A stretch of DNA of 64,000 bases from Chiloscyllium plagiosum (Eukaryota). The stretch is taken from positions 6,524,477 to 6,588,476 of the forward strand of contig NC_057731.1 of the NCBI RefSeq assembly GCF_004010195.1, in the 5' to 3' direction. Below are positions 1 through 13,755 of this stretch, piece by piece. A program made the translations under genes and the position numbers. The notes under the pieces are model-generated. The model saw only the letters and a list, made by a program, of their open reading frames with translations. It had not been told where the DNA came from and searched no databases. Each line of letters begins with the position of its first letter. Within the stretch, counting starts at the first letter, position 1.

Positions 1-1085
1 ATGGATGTTTCTGTGTATATAGATTGAAATATTAATGTATATACATGTTTTCATATATATGTACATTGGTGTCAGTTTCAGCCATTGCGATATATTAATG
101 TGCCTGTCTCATGTGTATTCATGTATGTATGAATGCACACTTTTGTATAAGTGGTCAAATACATTTTTGTATACATCAATATATTTGTGTTTCTGATTTT
201 GCATGCATGGGCATCTATGATTGTGTTTATTTGTGACTGTGTGGGAGAGTACACAAATAGTGTTAGTGTGAGTATATTGATGCATGGTTGTGTTTTGACA
301 TCCACCATTACCTGTGGGTTTGGGTGCGCATACATATTGGTGGGTACATGCATTCACATGTGCATATATCAGTCTGTATATGTGCTTGCTTTTGTATTGG
401 TTTGTATGTGTGCTTGTATTTCTAGTGGTCTGGGGTAGGCGTGTAGGCCTACTAGTCTCTATGTCTGTAAGTGTGTGTAATGGTATGTGTGGGCTGGTCT
501 GTCTGCCTGTTCATGCATGTATTAGTAAGTTTGAGTAGTTGTGTATATTGGTCTGTATGTGTTTTCTGCATATATTGTTTTGTATATGTTTGTGTGTGCA
601 TATTCGTTTGCACATGTTTTTGAGTGTATATTGGTTTGTACATATTATGTATATATTGGTCTGTATGTGTTTTTGTATGTGTGTTCGTGAGTACGTGTCT
701 GTGTGTATTGGTCTGAAAGTGTTTGTGTGTATATAGATGTGTACATGTCTGTGTATTGGTCAGTACGTGTTTGTGTATGTTTGGTCTGCAGGTATTTGTG
801 TGTGTATATTGGTCTCAATGTGTTTGTGTGTATATCTGGATCTGTACATGTCTGTATGTGTTTGTGTACATATTGGTCTGTATGTGTTTGTGTACATATT
901 GGTCTGTATGTGTTTATGTGTGTACCTGGATCTGTATATGTCTGAGAGTGTATTTGACTGTATGTGGCTGTGTTGGATATTGGTCGATATGTGTTTGTGT
1001 GGATATTGGTCTGTACATATTTATGTATGTATTGTTCTTTAAGTGTTGGTGTGGATATTGGTCTGTCTGTATTTGTGTGTATGTA
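1..1085. repeat. Degenerate TG-rich tandem/low-complexity array (core TATTGGTCTGTATGTGTTTGTGTG, ~26-28 bp)
   Basis: Recurrent tattggtctgtatgtg motif, strongest at 540-1085; explains the stop-poor ORFs on both strands. Confidence 0.85.
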
Positions 1086-1168
1086 GTACAATAACTACCT
1101 GTGCAGCAGAAGTGCTGTACAATCGTGTTGAGTGATCTCTGTGTGACACACCTTATTATTCTTCACAG

Positions 1169-1267
1169 TCTGGCCTCACGCCTATACATGTCGCTGCGTT
1201 CATGGGACATGCAAATATTGTGACACAATTAATGCAACGTGGAGCATCACCAAATACAACAAACGTG
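1169..1267 (+). CDS. ANK3: ANK3 exon, repeat ~13: [33 protein letters not shown]
   Basis: cttcacag| ... |gtaagg; 99 nt, phase 0/0. Confidence 0.96.
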
Positions 1268-2579
1268 GTAAGGAAGCACTTTTATCAGGGAAGGCCAATG
1301 GTATTTTGATAGCAAAGTACTTTGCATGTTTAAATGTACAGTTGAATGAGAAGCTTTGTGTGCTGCAGCTAATTGGTTAACAACATTTGTACATATTATT
1401 CAAAGCCGAAGGGGGAAAGAATCTTCCAACACCAACCTGGGTAAAAGTGTAAGCCCTCCTGTCTTGTCAACCTCTGTCATAGACCAATGCATACACAACT
1501 ATTGGTAGCATACCATCATGTTAATTGCAGGGTAATAGGAGGAGAGCTGGATGGATTCTGGTCCTTTTCCACCTGGTAGTTCCGACATGCTGAAAGAATT
1601 CCTAACAAAAACTAGTGTTCGCACATTCAGTGAGGAGTATGGGCAATGAAAATTAAAGCAGAACTTTTGTCACACACACTGTCTCTTCAAACTGTTAGAA
1701 ATTAAACCATAGTTTGGTGTCTAATTTGAACTAATAAAAGACCAAGCCTGTTTTCCAAAGGAGCAGTTCAGTGATATGTTTTCAGATTTGTATGTGAGTG
1801 TGAGTTGGTGGGACTGTGTGACTAATGCTGGCTGTGGTCATCAATGTTGGAGCCCCTATTCTTGGCTTATGTTCAGAGAAAGTAGATCTTAGAATGAAAG
1901 ATAAAGTTTAGGCAGCCCACTCAGAATTATTTTCTATGTTACAATTTTGACTGAAGACATTCTGTTTCACAGGATGTAATGAAAATGCAGAAATTCATCC
2001 TCCTGCAGCTCCCCTCCCCCTACCCTATATCCTTTCCATGAGGCCACCAAGTAACCATCTGATTGCTTCAGGGAATTGTTTTTTAATATCCATTGCATCT
2101 TGGAGACCAAGTGGAAAGGGTTGCTCTTTGAAGTTCCCTAATTTACAGTGCTGGAATTCAGTTCGACATTAACTGCTGCTGAAGGTCAGATTGAATAGTT
2201 GGATTGAGGAAGTTGGAATGTTACTGAGGTGCTCTGAGCAGGAATACTCATGAGGCACTGATCAAGCTGAGCTCTGTAGTTTGAGCTTTGCCCGACATAC
2301 TGATTCAGAGGGACTGAGACCACAAAAAAACATCCTGACAAGAAACACGAAAGGGAACTTTTTCAAAGCCGCACATTCTTGATTGACAGGACTGTGGTTC
2401 AGGATTTGGCATGCAGATGAAAATGTGTAGCTTCTCAATTAACAGCTCTTGAATTTAACCCCCCCTCCCTCTCTCTCTCCTCCGACTATACAGTATTGTC
2501 TAACAAGACCCCATGTCACTCAGTTGTAACCTGGGACCGTAAATCCAAACTAAGTCAATCATTTGGATTGCTAGTGCAC

Positions 2580-2852
2580 AGGATGCTGTTAAACTGACCC
2601 CCGTCTGCCTTGTCAGGTGACCTAACAAAGAGAAGAGCTGGAGAATTCTCTTTCGTGTCACGATTACTATTTATTCCACCTAAAACTGGACTCCTGCTTG
2701 TTTTTATTTTAATACTGCTTGTGGAAGCTTGCTGTGCACATGTTAATTCGCATTTCCAACATTAGCTTCTGAAATAGTTCACTGGTTGTCAGACAGTTTT
2801 TGGGAAAGGTTGAGGTTGAGAAAGGTGATATGTAAATTCAGATTCGTCTTTC
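2580..2852 (+). mobile_element. Old Deu-domain SINE (SacSINE/AmnSINE-like) fragment
   Basis: gtggaagcttgctgtgcaca...atttcc...aaaggtgatatgtaaat motif shared with the copy at 17 kb. Confidence 0.55.
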
Positions 2853-3004
2853 TTCAGAGATTGAGCTAACAGGATGAACAGCATGGGCCGGGCAGGCTGT
2901 AGGATCACAAGCACCAATTTTCCGAAAGGGATCAGAGATGAGAGTAGATATCTTAAAATCACCTGAGGCTCTTACCAGATCTTGTCAGAATGGATCTCAT
3001 GGGG

Positions 3005-3592
3005 TCATAGAGATGTACAGCGTAGAAACAGACCCTTCAATCCAACTCATCCATGCCAACCAGATATCCTAAAGTAATCTAGTCCCATTTACCATCATTT
3101 GGCCCATATCCCTCTAAACCCTTCCTATTCATTTACCCATCCAGATGCCTTTTAAATGCTATAATTGTACCAGCCTCCACTACTTCCTCTGGCAGCTCAT
3201 TCCACACATGCACCATTCTCTGCGTGAAAATGTTGCCCCTCAGATCCCTTTTTAAATCCTTCTCCTTTTACCTTAAACCTCTGCCCTCTAGTTTTGGACT
3301 CCCCTACTCCAGGAAAAACACCTTGTCTATTTACCCTATCCATGCCCCTAATGATTTTATGAACCTATATCAGGTCACCCCTCGGCCTCCGACGCTCCAG
3401 GGAGAATAGTCCCAGCCTATTCAGCCTCTCCCTATACCCCAAAACCTCCGACCTTGGCAACATCCTTGTAAATCTTTTCTGAACCCATTCAAGTTTCACA
3501 ACATCCTTCCTCTAGCAGAATTGAATGCAGTATTCCAAAAGTGGCCTGTAACCAATGACCTGTACAACCACAACATGACCTCCCAACTCTAT
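3005..3592 (-). mobile_element. CR1/HER1-like LINE 3' fragment
   Basis: Reverse strand encodes degenerate ORF2 C-terminus (VWNELPEEVVEAGT..FKRHLD) plus the 3' tail. Confidence 0.85.
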
Positions 3593-3963
3593 GTGTTAGT
3601 ATCTAAGATTTTGCTTGACAGTTTCATTATTCTTCAACTGGATCCACTGCCAATTTATGGAATTTCTTCAGTTGCAAATGACAAAATACTGAACCATGCA
3701 GAATATTCTCTTGTACCCATACAGAATCTGTTGTCTAACTGCAGTTTGAGGCCACAAATCAGGCACAGGTTGATTCATTTTTGAGGACTGCTCTTGAGAT
3801 TTCTTGACTGCTTTTGGTTTTGATTTTCAGGGGGTTCCTATTTCATTCTCTCCAGCTCCTTCACTAAATGATGCGGTCACATAGTATCCTGTGTATTTGT
3901 GTTGATATCTGAAAGGTTTAGACTCTTGCTGAAGCAAGGATAGAAAATGTCATCAATATTGTC

Positions 3964-4388
3964 GGTGTGCGATTTTGGAGAAGATTTGTAGCTCAGGTTA
4001 TGGATCAGGTTGTACATTGATGATCATTCTGCTGGTTGTTGGTACGGGGTCCTTTAAATTCATCAGGAGCTGTTTCAGTGTGGTGGTAGGTTTGTGAGCT
4101 ACCATGATGCCTAGGGACAGGCTAAACAAAGACACGCATGGGAATTCCTAAAGACCTGGCATTCAAACTAGAACTCCTTAGCAAACCCATCGACTTGGGC
4201 CCCATTTACCCACTGCTCAGAAACAGAACTGGAAGTGATATCACCCACCACAACAAACCGAAACAGATAAATAGCAAGCGGGACAGAACACCAATGCTTC
4301 ACTGGAGGCACCCTGATGATGTTACCTAGCATGGTGACAAAATGTCTGACAACAAATCTACCAGCTCAGCGAGCAAACGTACAACCTG
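3964..4388 (+). mobile_element. Penelope-like element fragment (GIY-YIG C-terminus plus pLTR, inverted 5' piece)
   Basis: Degenerate LGQAKQRHAxEFLxxWHSN..IDLxPIY at 4111-4215; CTGATGA hammerhead remnant at 4313; 8-bp flanking duplication atattgtc (3956-3963 / 4389-4396). Confidence 0.7.
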
Positions 4389-4894
4389 ATATTGTCACTA
4401 ATTAGAAAGTCTCCATAAAGTTAAAGCCACAACACACCAGGAAAGCATTAACTTGCTGGACGTCACAGTATATAAGTCGGCATAAGACAACAGGTATAAT
4501 TTTGCAAAAATGCTATTTTTAAAAAAGGAATTAGCACCTTTCTATCCACAAAAAGTATCATACTGAACACACTTTCCATAGACTGATACGGTCATAGATA
4601 AACTGTTGCATGTTTGCCTTGAACACAGTCTTCGAACCTCAAATTATTCATAAACAGCTTGAGGTGTGATGACACATAAATACAAATCTGTATGAAATAG
4701 ACGGTTTGGTATTAAACTTTCCAATTAACATAGTCATCATTACAGTCATATTCATTACATTTTCCCATATCAAGTAGCTCCTAAAGTCATGTACAGTATA
4801 TTAATTCATGAGGCATTCATTACTTTAGTTTTCATGTTTCCAATTAGATAATTATTCTTTTGTGAAAAATTTAAACTAGTTTCTTTCCTTTGCG

Positions 4895-5085
4895 GATCCT
4901 TTCCCTCATTTTGAGATGCTCTTCCCCCACTTTCAGACGCTCTTCTCCCATTTTCAGATCCTTTCCCTCATTTGCAGTCCCTTCCTCCCTCATTTTCAAA
5001 CCGTCTCCCTCATTTTCAGACCCTCTCCCCCATTTATAGACCCTCCATCCAAGTTTCAGAGCTTCTCCCCATTTTCAGACCCTCT
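4895..5085. repeat. Degenerate ~22-23 bp pyrimidine-rich tandem repeat (CCCTCATTTTCAGACCCTCT)
   Basis: About 8 imperfect copies of ccccattttcaga. Confidence 0.7.
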
Positions 5086-5714
5086 ACTCCTACTGTAGGC
5101 AGTTGCTCTTGCCCCTTTCCAGTATCCTTCCTGCTCATGCCCTCATTCCAGACCTTGTCCACAATGTGCAGCTTCTCTCTTGCCCTCGGTAGCTGTTTGC
5201 TCCATGTTCTGCAGCCTCAGTTGCCCCTAACCTACCCCACCCCACAAACCCTTGGCCCCATCCACAGGCACACTCTCCAAGCCCTTGGCCTTCTGTCCTA
5301 GTCTTACTGGTGTCGCTCCCCCTGTCCAGCAGCCTGACTTCCTTGTCCCGCCCCTGCTTCCCCCGAAATTGCTGCCTGCTGCTACTAATCTCACTCCTCC
5401 AGTTACAGGCTGCTCATTGTGTTTATGTCTCACAGCCTGTATGCAATATAACTTTAAGAGACATGTCCATTATCTCATTATATCATGTGACCTGATGGGA
5501 AAAAGGGCTCATTACCATCTTTACTAGGCTTACTGGCAGCATGATGTGCTGAGGGAAACCTGCTACAGTTTGTAACCAAATTGCTTAGCAGTGCTCGTGA
5601 TTGTAATGTATCTAGATACCAGAAGCTGTCATTAAACATCTATTGAATCTTTCAGTGTCAGTCACCCATGTCTGCCTCTTAGGTTAAAGGAACTAACGTA
5701 AGTATCACCTTGAA

Positions 5715-6069
5715 TGGCACAGTGGCTCAGTGGTTACCACTGCTGCCTCACAGCGCCAGGGACCAGGGTTCAATTCCACTCTTGGGCGACTGTCTGTGTA
5801 GAGTTTGCACATTCTCCCCGTGTCTGCGTGGGTCTCTCCGGGTGCTCCGGTTTCCTCCCACAGTACAGTCCAAAAATGTAAAGGTTAGATGAATTGATCA
5901 GGCTGAATTGTTAATAGTGTCCAGCAATGCGCGCAGGCTAGGTGGATTAGCCATGAGAAGTGCAAGGTTACAAGGATGGGGTGTGATCTGGGTGGGATGC
6001 TCTTTTGAGGGTTAGTGTCGACTCGATGGACCAAATGGCCTGCTTCCACACTGTAGGGATTCGATGATT
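5715..6069 (+). mobile_element. HE1-type V-SINE (tRNA-derived head, V core, LINE-derived tail)
   Basis: A box tggctcagtgg, B box ggttcaattcc, core gagtttgcacattctccccgtgtctgcgtgggt. Confidence 0.9.
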
Positions 6070-6552
6070 TGTCATGCACCAGTATCCTGCTGAAGTTAAA
6101 AAGACCACTGACCAATGGCAGATCATGAAGGCACTAGGTATCAAGTTAATGCAGTTCTCGTTTATAAAGAAAGGACTTCCAAATTCTAGATTATACATCA
6201 TGTGGCATCAGTCAGATAAGTAGCGGTAATTGCTTGTAAAAAAAATTCCAAGGTCTTATTTGCAGCAGACCCTTTGGAAAACCTATTGAGGATTGATGAG
6301 ATGACAATTTTAGTATGGAGGGCAAAATGTGTTGGCGCAGGCTTGGTGGGCCAGAGGGCCTGTTCCTGTGCTGTATTGTTCGTTGTTGTTTAGCGCTGGA
6401 CTTCAAAACATGAGGAAGACAAACAGCATATTTATGTGAGTGTAGATCTGCAAATTAAATAGCAGAATCCCTGTCTATCTGTCCTACTGTCAAGTTACAA
6501 GTCCTGCATTGCTTTTACAAGGAAAGAAAGTAGCTTCAGCAGTCAAAAGGCT

Positions 6553-6870
6553 TAGAGTCGTAGAGTTCAACAGCACGGAGACAGGCCCTTTGGCCCAAAC
6601 TGGTCCATGCTGACCAAAATATCAATCCAGACTAACCCCATTTCCCTGCACTTGGCCCATATCCTTCTAAACCTTACTTAACCATGTATTTGTCCAAATG
6701 CCTTTTAAATGTGGTTAACGTACCCACCTCAACCACTTCCACTGGCAGCTCATTCCATACGCATACCATCCCTTTTGTAAAACAGTTGCCCCTCAGGTTC
6801 CCTTTTATTCTTTGCCCTCTAGTCCTTGATTCCCTAGCCCTGTGAAAAAGACTGAGCAGATGCATCCTGT
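6553..6870 (-). mobile_element. CR1/HER1-like LINE 3' fragment
   Basis: ORF track 6674-6865 VWNELPVEVVEVGTLTTFKRHLDKYM. Confidence 0.8.
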
Positions 6871-8371
6871 CTTGATCTTATATCAAGGGGCCACAAGACT
6901 GAAAAAGAAAGTTATGGAGAAGCCAAAAAAGGAAAAATAAAAGGGCAGAATAACATGCCAAGTAAAAGAAAGGAACAAACAAGGACTACACTCCATTTCA
7001 ATGAAAGGAGAAAGTCTTCAACAAGAATTGGAAGGCAAACATTCCATTATGGATTGGGCAGCGAGTTACGTCCTCACTGATTAACAGCAATTGAAGAACC
7101 AAATGCAGTTTTACATCATGGATCATGAAATAAATGTTACAGAGAAGAGGTCTCTGAAACTCCGACTGGGCATCAGATAGGAGGGCTTCAGAGAATAAAT
7201 ATGTCTGGTTTTGAGGACATAGAGAAGATCCTGAGAAGATCTGGAACACACGTGAAGACGAACTCAAGGTATGAATCAACATCCAGATTAAAAGAGTCCA
7301 ACTATGTCATACAGCCAAATGTGCCACGTGTCTATTGATAACTTTGCTGCAGCAAAGGTTCTAAGTATGATTTCTCCAAAGTAGAACTCTCAGAGGGGCT
7401 CAATGACTGATCAATTACCTCTTTAGGAAAGATCTTCTGGCCAAGAAAAAAGGGCCATCGCGTTGATGCCTTGCTGGAAGCCAGCATAAAGCTACAGAGT
7501 CAGGGCAACAAGGATCACATGCTCGGACATCGCCATGCCTACTGTCAGCAAAAGGAACCAAACCGGCACAATCTAGCCTCGGTGCGGTTTGTCACATCTG
7601 ACCTCAGCCAGGGCCACTGGGGCTTGCAAATGCAGAACATCTTGTTTTGTGAACTAAGCCAGAGTCCAGAACAAGACCCTAGTCACCAACAAGACAGTAC
7701 ATTACCATGACCCTTACAAGAAGAATAGCCATAAAACCGTGCACAAATGTAAACAACCAACAAGCCAAAACCCTAACCTTGAGGATGTCACCCTCACACA
7801 GCATGCCGACAGTGTAAGCAGTTCTCACTCCGTTCAACATCGTACATCACCAAAAGGCAGGTTAGGACACCCAGAAAGTCAAAACTGCTGCAGGAGCTAT
7901 CGCTCTGTAAGAGATGTACCTCAACAAATGGCATTCCACACTGTGCCCTTCAAAAGGCAGTCTCACAGCATATAACAGAATACTAACTCCATGTAGTGCC
8001 ACAGACACACTGCTGTGCTAATTTGCAAGCATACGTTGGCTTCCTCAAACTTCCTACCTGGTTGATATTGCCAATGATCCAACAGTGATAGGGCTACCAG
8101 TGTACACAGATCTCAGTGTTGTCACAGTTCATGAGATTAAACCTACACTCACCGCGGTGGGACGCACCAACTATGACATAATTAAAATCAGCCAGTGATC
8201 TCAGACAGATTACGTATGCTCCTCCAACTTTTATAAAGATCACTACTGCTGTAACGATACAGGTTACAAAGAGAGTGGATCCAACAGGTATGAATAATTA
8301 CATAAATAATGTGACCTTGCTTTGTAAGTTCACAATACACCAACATCTGCAAGGTCCCCTTTAAGCCAATC

Positions 8372-8578
8372 ACGATTCTGACTTGGGAATCTATCACCCT
8401 TCCTTCACCGTCATTGGGTCAAAATCCTGAAATTCCCTCCCTAAAGAGCGTTGTGGGTCAACCCACAGCAACTGGACTGCAGCGGTTCAAGAAGGCAGCT
8501 CACCCCCACCATCTCAAGGGACAGACAATCAATGCTGGCCCAACCCGTGATGCCCATTTCCCACAAGTTAATAAAAAG
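8372..8578 (+). mobile_element. 3' end of a second LINE family (CR1/L2-type)
   Basis: GLQRFKKAAHxHLLKG terminus; same family at 24870, 43885 and 59145. Confidence 0.65.
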
Positions 8579-8814
8579 GTGCACTCAGACAGCTTTGACA
8601 TGATCAACAACTTTAGGGATCATGCAATACCTGATCTGAAAGATGGAGCAACCCCATTCATCAGTCTTCCAAGCATGTGCTTGCAGGAAGTGGGAATCCT
8701 ATCCCCAGCACGACTCATACTTGGTGATTTTTACACTTTATTGTGCTAAATATCGGGGAGGAGCCCGAGCAGATCTCCTTCAGGACTTTGCTGATCCAGT
8801 GCTGACTTAGAGGA

Positions 8815-9049
8815 TTTAGAATCCCTACAGCGTGGAAACAGGCCCTTCAGCTCAACAAGTCCACACTGACCCTCTGAAGAGTATTCCACCCAGATCCATT
8901 TCTCTACCCTATTACTCTACATTTACCCCTGACTAATGCACCTAGCCTACGCATTCTTGAAGACTGTGGGCAATTTAGCATGACCAATTCGTCTAACCTG
9001 CACATCTTTGGACCTGTGGGAGGAAACCAGAGCACCCGGAGGAAACCCA
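8815..9049 (-). mobile_element. HE1-type SINE, 5'-truncated
   Basis: Reverse complement of the V core and tail. Confidence 0.8.
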
Positions 9050-10077
9050 GTGCTGCCATCCCTACAAACAGGCATGAGGCCAAACCTGCTGCTGTAGCTT
9101 TGTCTCATGATGCTGTGTACGTCAAAAACCAACCATTAACCAATTTAATTCGGAGCAATGTGTTCTGAATGTTTTACTGACAACACCTTTCCCTCCCTGG
9201 CACTGTCAGCCAATTCCTCTTACAAGCAGCTTGCTACCCAAGTGTTTGTTCATTTGATCATCCATTGTATGTTATTCAGAATCTCTCTCCATGGCTCATG
9301 TGATCTGCTGGCTTGGGAATGTTTGCATGTGGCTGTTGGTTTGTACTAGTGATGGAAGTCACAGATCATTTTTAACAAAGGCTCCAGTTACTTGAGCTTG
9401 AGATTAACTGGATTACAAAAAGATACAGCTGCAGGAATTTTCAGCTACGCTTTACGTATGTGGACTGATTTTGAATCTGAGGAATGAATGGCTGGGTTTT
9501 CTGTTTAATTCTTTGTTGGGAGGCCAAGGCAAGGCTGGTCATGATTGTTGTGAGAGGTTGGTGGTGAGTCACTATCTTGACGCTCTGAGAGGGGTCCTGG
9601 CCAATATTACTGCCTGCCACACCAACTTGCAAAGGAGCCAGGCAGGTCGGTGTGGAATCAAAGTCATGCAGCTCCGATAGGGGTGTGGCCATTTGAAGCC
9701 AAGGTTCAGAATTTTTAAATTGAGGCATTGCCGGGCCAGGAGCACACCATGTGAAACACAGTGAGGGCTGTGGTAAGATCAGAAGAAATGCAAAAATGGA
9801 TCAAGAGTCAGGGACGAGCACCATTCCTGCTTCTGTGTTGCTAGAGCTGTGCAGCGGGTGACGGGGGTCTTGCTCAGTCAGCTGCAGGTTGGAGAGGGGT
9901 AAGTGAGGAAACGGGGAGCACCCCTGTTTTCAAAAGCCGACCTTTGCCCCATCCATCCAATAGGCTGCTGAGCACATTCCGGGTTGGCGAGAGACTTGTC
10001 ACTGACATTTCCTGCAAATGATGTGCGAGACCTTCAAGTGGTTTTCTAACCCGTGTCCTTCACCTCCTGTGTTTCAG

Positions 10078-10176
10078 AGAGGGGAAACAGCCCTACATAT
10101 GGCTGCCAGGGCAGGCCAAGCAGACGTGGTCCGTCAGCTCGTTCAGAATGGAGCTCAGGTGGAGGCCAAAGCTAAG
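10078..10176 (+). CDS. ANK3: ANK3 exon, repeat ~14: [33 protein letters not shown]
   Basis: gtttcag| ... |gtaaag; 99 nt, phase 0/0. Confidence 0.97.
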
Positions 10177-10349
10177 GTAAAGAAAACCAGATTGCACTGC
10201 ACTTTCGAAACAGCCCAGTTCAGCAAGGCTGGCAAAGAGCTTTGACCTTCTGGTCACAGTGGGATTATATCTAGTTCAGGGAAGAGAGGACAGACCCAAG
10301 AGACTTTGCTGTCTCAGCCTGTCATCTCAACTGTTTAATGAAGCTTATC

Positions 10350-13300
10350 TTATGGCTTGTGGGAAGATATCACCACATGTTGCCTCCCATGTGCCAGGGT
10401 CCCCGATGTCTCTGATCGAGTCTACAAGATTCTGCAGGAGGAGGGTGAGCAGCCAGAAGTCATGGTGCACATTGGCACCAGTGACATAGCCAGGAAAAGG
10501 GATGAGGATGTGAAAAGTGATTTCAGGGAGATAGGTTGGAAGCTAGAAAGCAGGATGAGCAGAGTAGCAATCTCAGGATTATGACCGGGTCCATGTGCTC
10601 GTGAGACGAGGAACAGGGAGTGAGTGCAGATAAACACAAGGCTACAGGGCTGGTGCAGGAGGGAGGGCCTCAGATACAGAGATCATTGGGGTACCTTTTG
10701 GGGAAGGTGGGACCTGTATATGAAGGACGGAATGCACTTAAACTGGAGGGGCACCAATATCCTGGGCAGGAGATTTGCGATAGCACTTCAGGGGGTTTAA
10801 ACTAGTTTGGCATTGCGATAGGAACCAGAGCTACAGATCAGAGGAGAGGATGGTCGTTGAATGGGCAGAAATAGAATTCAGAGAGTCGGTCAGGAAGGAT
10901 ACACAGTTGATAGGGCAAAGAGATGGGTTAAAGTGTCTCTGTTTAAATGCAAGAAGTGTCAGGAATAAGAGTGATGAACTTAGAGCACGGATTAATACTT
11001 GAAACTACGATGTTGTGACTGTAAAGGAGACATGGACTTCACAGGGGCAGGAATGGCTGCTGGATGTTCCAGGGATTAGATCTTTTAAAACAACAGGGAG
11101 GGGGCGAAAAGAGGAGGGGGAATAGCATTGTTAATTAGAGAGTGCATCACAGCTGCAGAAAGGAGGGTGTTGAAGAGGTTTTGTCCACGGAGTCAGGATG
11201 GGTGGAAGTCAGTAACAGGAAAGGAGCAGTCATTTTATTGGGTGATTTCTATGACCCCCCCCCCCAATAGCAGCAGAGAGATGGCAGAACAGATTGGACA
11301 GCAGATTTTGAAAAGGTGCAGATGTAACAGAGTTGTTATTGGTGACTTCAACTTCCCCAATATTGATTGGAACCTCCTTAGTGCAGATAGTCTGGATAGA
11401 GCCAATTTTGTCAGGTGTCTCCAGGAGGGCTTCCTGACACAAGATATAGATAGGTCGAGTAGGGGGAGGCCATATTGGATTTGGTGCGAGGCTACGAGCC
11501 AGGCCAGATGTCAGATCTCTTGGTGGGAGAGCATTTCGGTGACAGTGACCATAACTGCCTCACCTTTACCATAGCCAAGGAATGGGATAGGAACAGACAG
11601 TATGGGAAGGTATGTAATTGGGGGAATGGAAATTATACTGCTATTAGACAGAAGCTGCAGAGTATAAACTGGGAACAATTGTTCTACAGGAAATGCACAA
11701 CAGAAATGTGGAGGCTGTTTAAGGAGCACTTGTGAGTGTTAGATAACTTTGTCTGAGACAAGCAGGGAATGGGAAGGTGAAGGAGCCTCGGATGACAAGA
11801 GAAGAGGAGCTTGATATCAACAGGAAGAAGGAAACTTACTTAAAAGTTGGGGAAGCAAGGACCTGGCACAGCCTTAGAGGATTACAGTGTAGCTAGTAAA
11901 GAACTCAGGAGAGCTAAGCGGGATCACAAAAAAGCCTTGCTGGCAGGGATTAGGGAAAGCTCAAAGGTGATCTATATATACGTGAGCAATAAGAGAATGA
12001 TCGGAGAGAGGGTAGGGCCGTCAGGGATAGTGGGAGGAACTTGTGCCTGGAGTCTGAAGAGGTCGGGGAGGCCCTAAATGAGTTTTTTGCTTCAGTATTC
12101 ACTCGAGGGAGAGGGACCTTGTTGATAGTGAGAACGCTGTGGACCAGGTTAATAGGCTTGAACAGATTGATATTAAGGAAGTGAATGTGCTGGAAATTCT
12201 GGGAAGCATCAAGATAGATAAGTCCCCAGGGCTGAGCCAGATATATCCAAGGTTACTACGGGAAGTGAGGAATGAGATTGCTGCACCTCTGGCGATGATC
12301 TTTGCATCCTCACTCTCCATGGGAGTAGTACCAGATGATTGGAGGGAGGCAAATGTTCCTCTGTTCAAGAAAGGGAATAGGGAAATCCAGTCAGTCTTAC
12401 ATCTGTGGTAAACAAGGGACTGGAAAGGATTCTGAGGGATAGGCTTTATGACTGTTTGGAAAAACATAGTTTGACTAAAGATAGTCAGCATGGCTTTGTG
12501 AGGGGCAGATCATGCCTCATACGTCTTACTGAGTTCTTTGAGGATATGACGAGACAAGTTGATGAAAGTCGAGCAGTGGATGTGATGGATATGGATTTCA
12601 ATAAGGTATTTGATGACGGTTCCCCACAGTAGGCTCATTCAGAAAGTTGGAAGATATGGGATACAGGGAAATCTGGCTGTCTGGATACAGAATTGGTTGG
12701 CTGAGAGAAGACAGTGAGTTGCATTGGATGCAAAGTATTCCACCTGGAGGTCGGTAACCAGTGGTGTCCTGCAGGGATCTGTTCTTGGGCCTCTGCTCTT
12801 TGTAGTTTTTGTAAATGACTTGGATGAAGAAGTGGAAGGGTGGGTTAGTAAGTTTGCCAATGACACAAAGGTCAATGATGTTGTAGATAGTAATGAGGGC
12901 TGTTGCAGGCTACAACAAGACATTGACAGAATGCAGAGCTGGGCTGTGAATAGGCAGATGGAGTTCAACCTGGATAAATGTGAAGTGATTCATTTTGGAA
13001 GGTCATGTTTGCTGAATACAGGGTTAAAGACAGGATTCTTGGCAGTGTGGAGGAACAGTGGGATCTTGGGGTCCATGTAAGGAGATCCTTCAAAGTTGCC
13101 ACCCAAGTTGATAGGGTTGTTAAGAAGGTGTATGGTGTTTTGACTTTCATTAACAGGGCGATTGAGTTTAATAGCTGCAAGGTTTTGCTGCAGCTCTATA
13201 AAACCTTGGTTAGATCATACTTGGAATATTGTGTCCGGTTCTGGTAGCCTCATTGTAAGAAGGATGTAGATGCTTTAGAGAGGATGCAGAGGAGATTTAC

Positions 13301-13755
13301 CAGGATGCTGCCTGGATTGGAGGGATTGGAGGGCTTGTCTTATGAAGAGAGGTTGAGTGAGCTGAGGCCTTTCACGCTGGAGAGAAGAGGGAAGAGCGGT
13401 GACTTGATAGAGGTGTGCAAGGTAATGAGAGGCATAGATAGAGTAGATACCAGAGGCTATTCCCCAGGGCAGAAATGGCTTCACAAGGGGTCATAATTTT
13501 AAGGTGATTGGAGGAAGGTTTAGGGGAGATGTCAGAGGTAGGTTTTTTTACGCAGAGAGTGGTGTGTGTGTGGAATGTAGTGCCAGCGGTGATAGTAAAG
13601 TCAGAGACATTAGGGACATTTAAGGAACTGCTGGACAAGCACATGGATGGCAATAAATTGAGGTGTGTAGGTTAGGTTGATCTTAGATTAAGATAAACAC
13701 TCAGCACAACATTATGGGCCAAATGGTCTGTACGTGCTGTACTGGTCAATGTTCT
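10350..13755 (+). mobile_element. 5'-truncated, decayed CR1/HER1-like LINE (~3.4 kb): ORF1 esterase end, then ORF2 APE endonuclease and RT
   Basis: CCLPxARVxDV..VHIGTxDI (SGNH-like), CLNARS, GDFNFPNIDW, QHGFVRGRSCL, GVLQGSVLGPLLF, KFAxDTK; many stops and frameshifts. Confidence 0.93.

Noticed and set aside
78-1094. Cys/Val/Tyr-rich and Thr/His-rich ORFs
   Set aside because: Translation of TG/CA low-complexity sequence
5715-5790. tRNA-like A/B boxes here and in other SINE heads (also ~20825 and ~21385)
   Set aside because: They run into SINE bodies and lack a full cloverleaf; not tRNA genes
6880-8360. Possible very old minus-strand L1/Tx1-like remnant (also 44780-45380)
   Set aside because: No motif that I can support by eye; needs a repeat-library or HMM search
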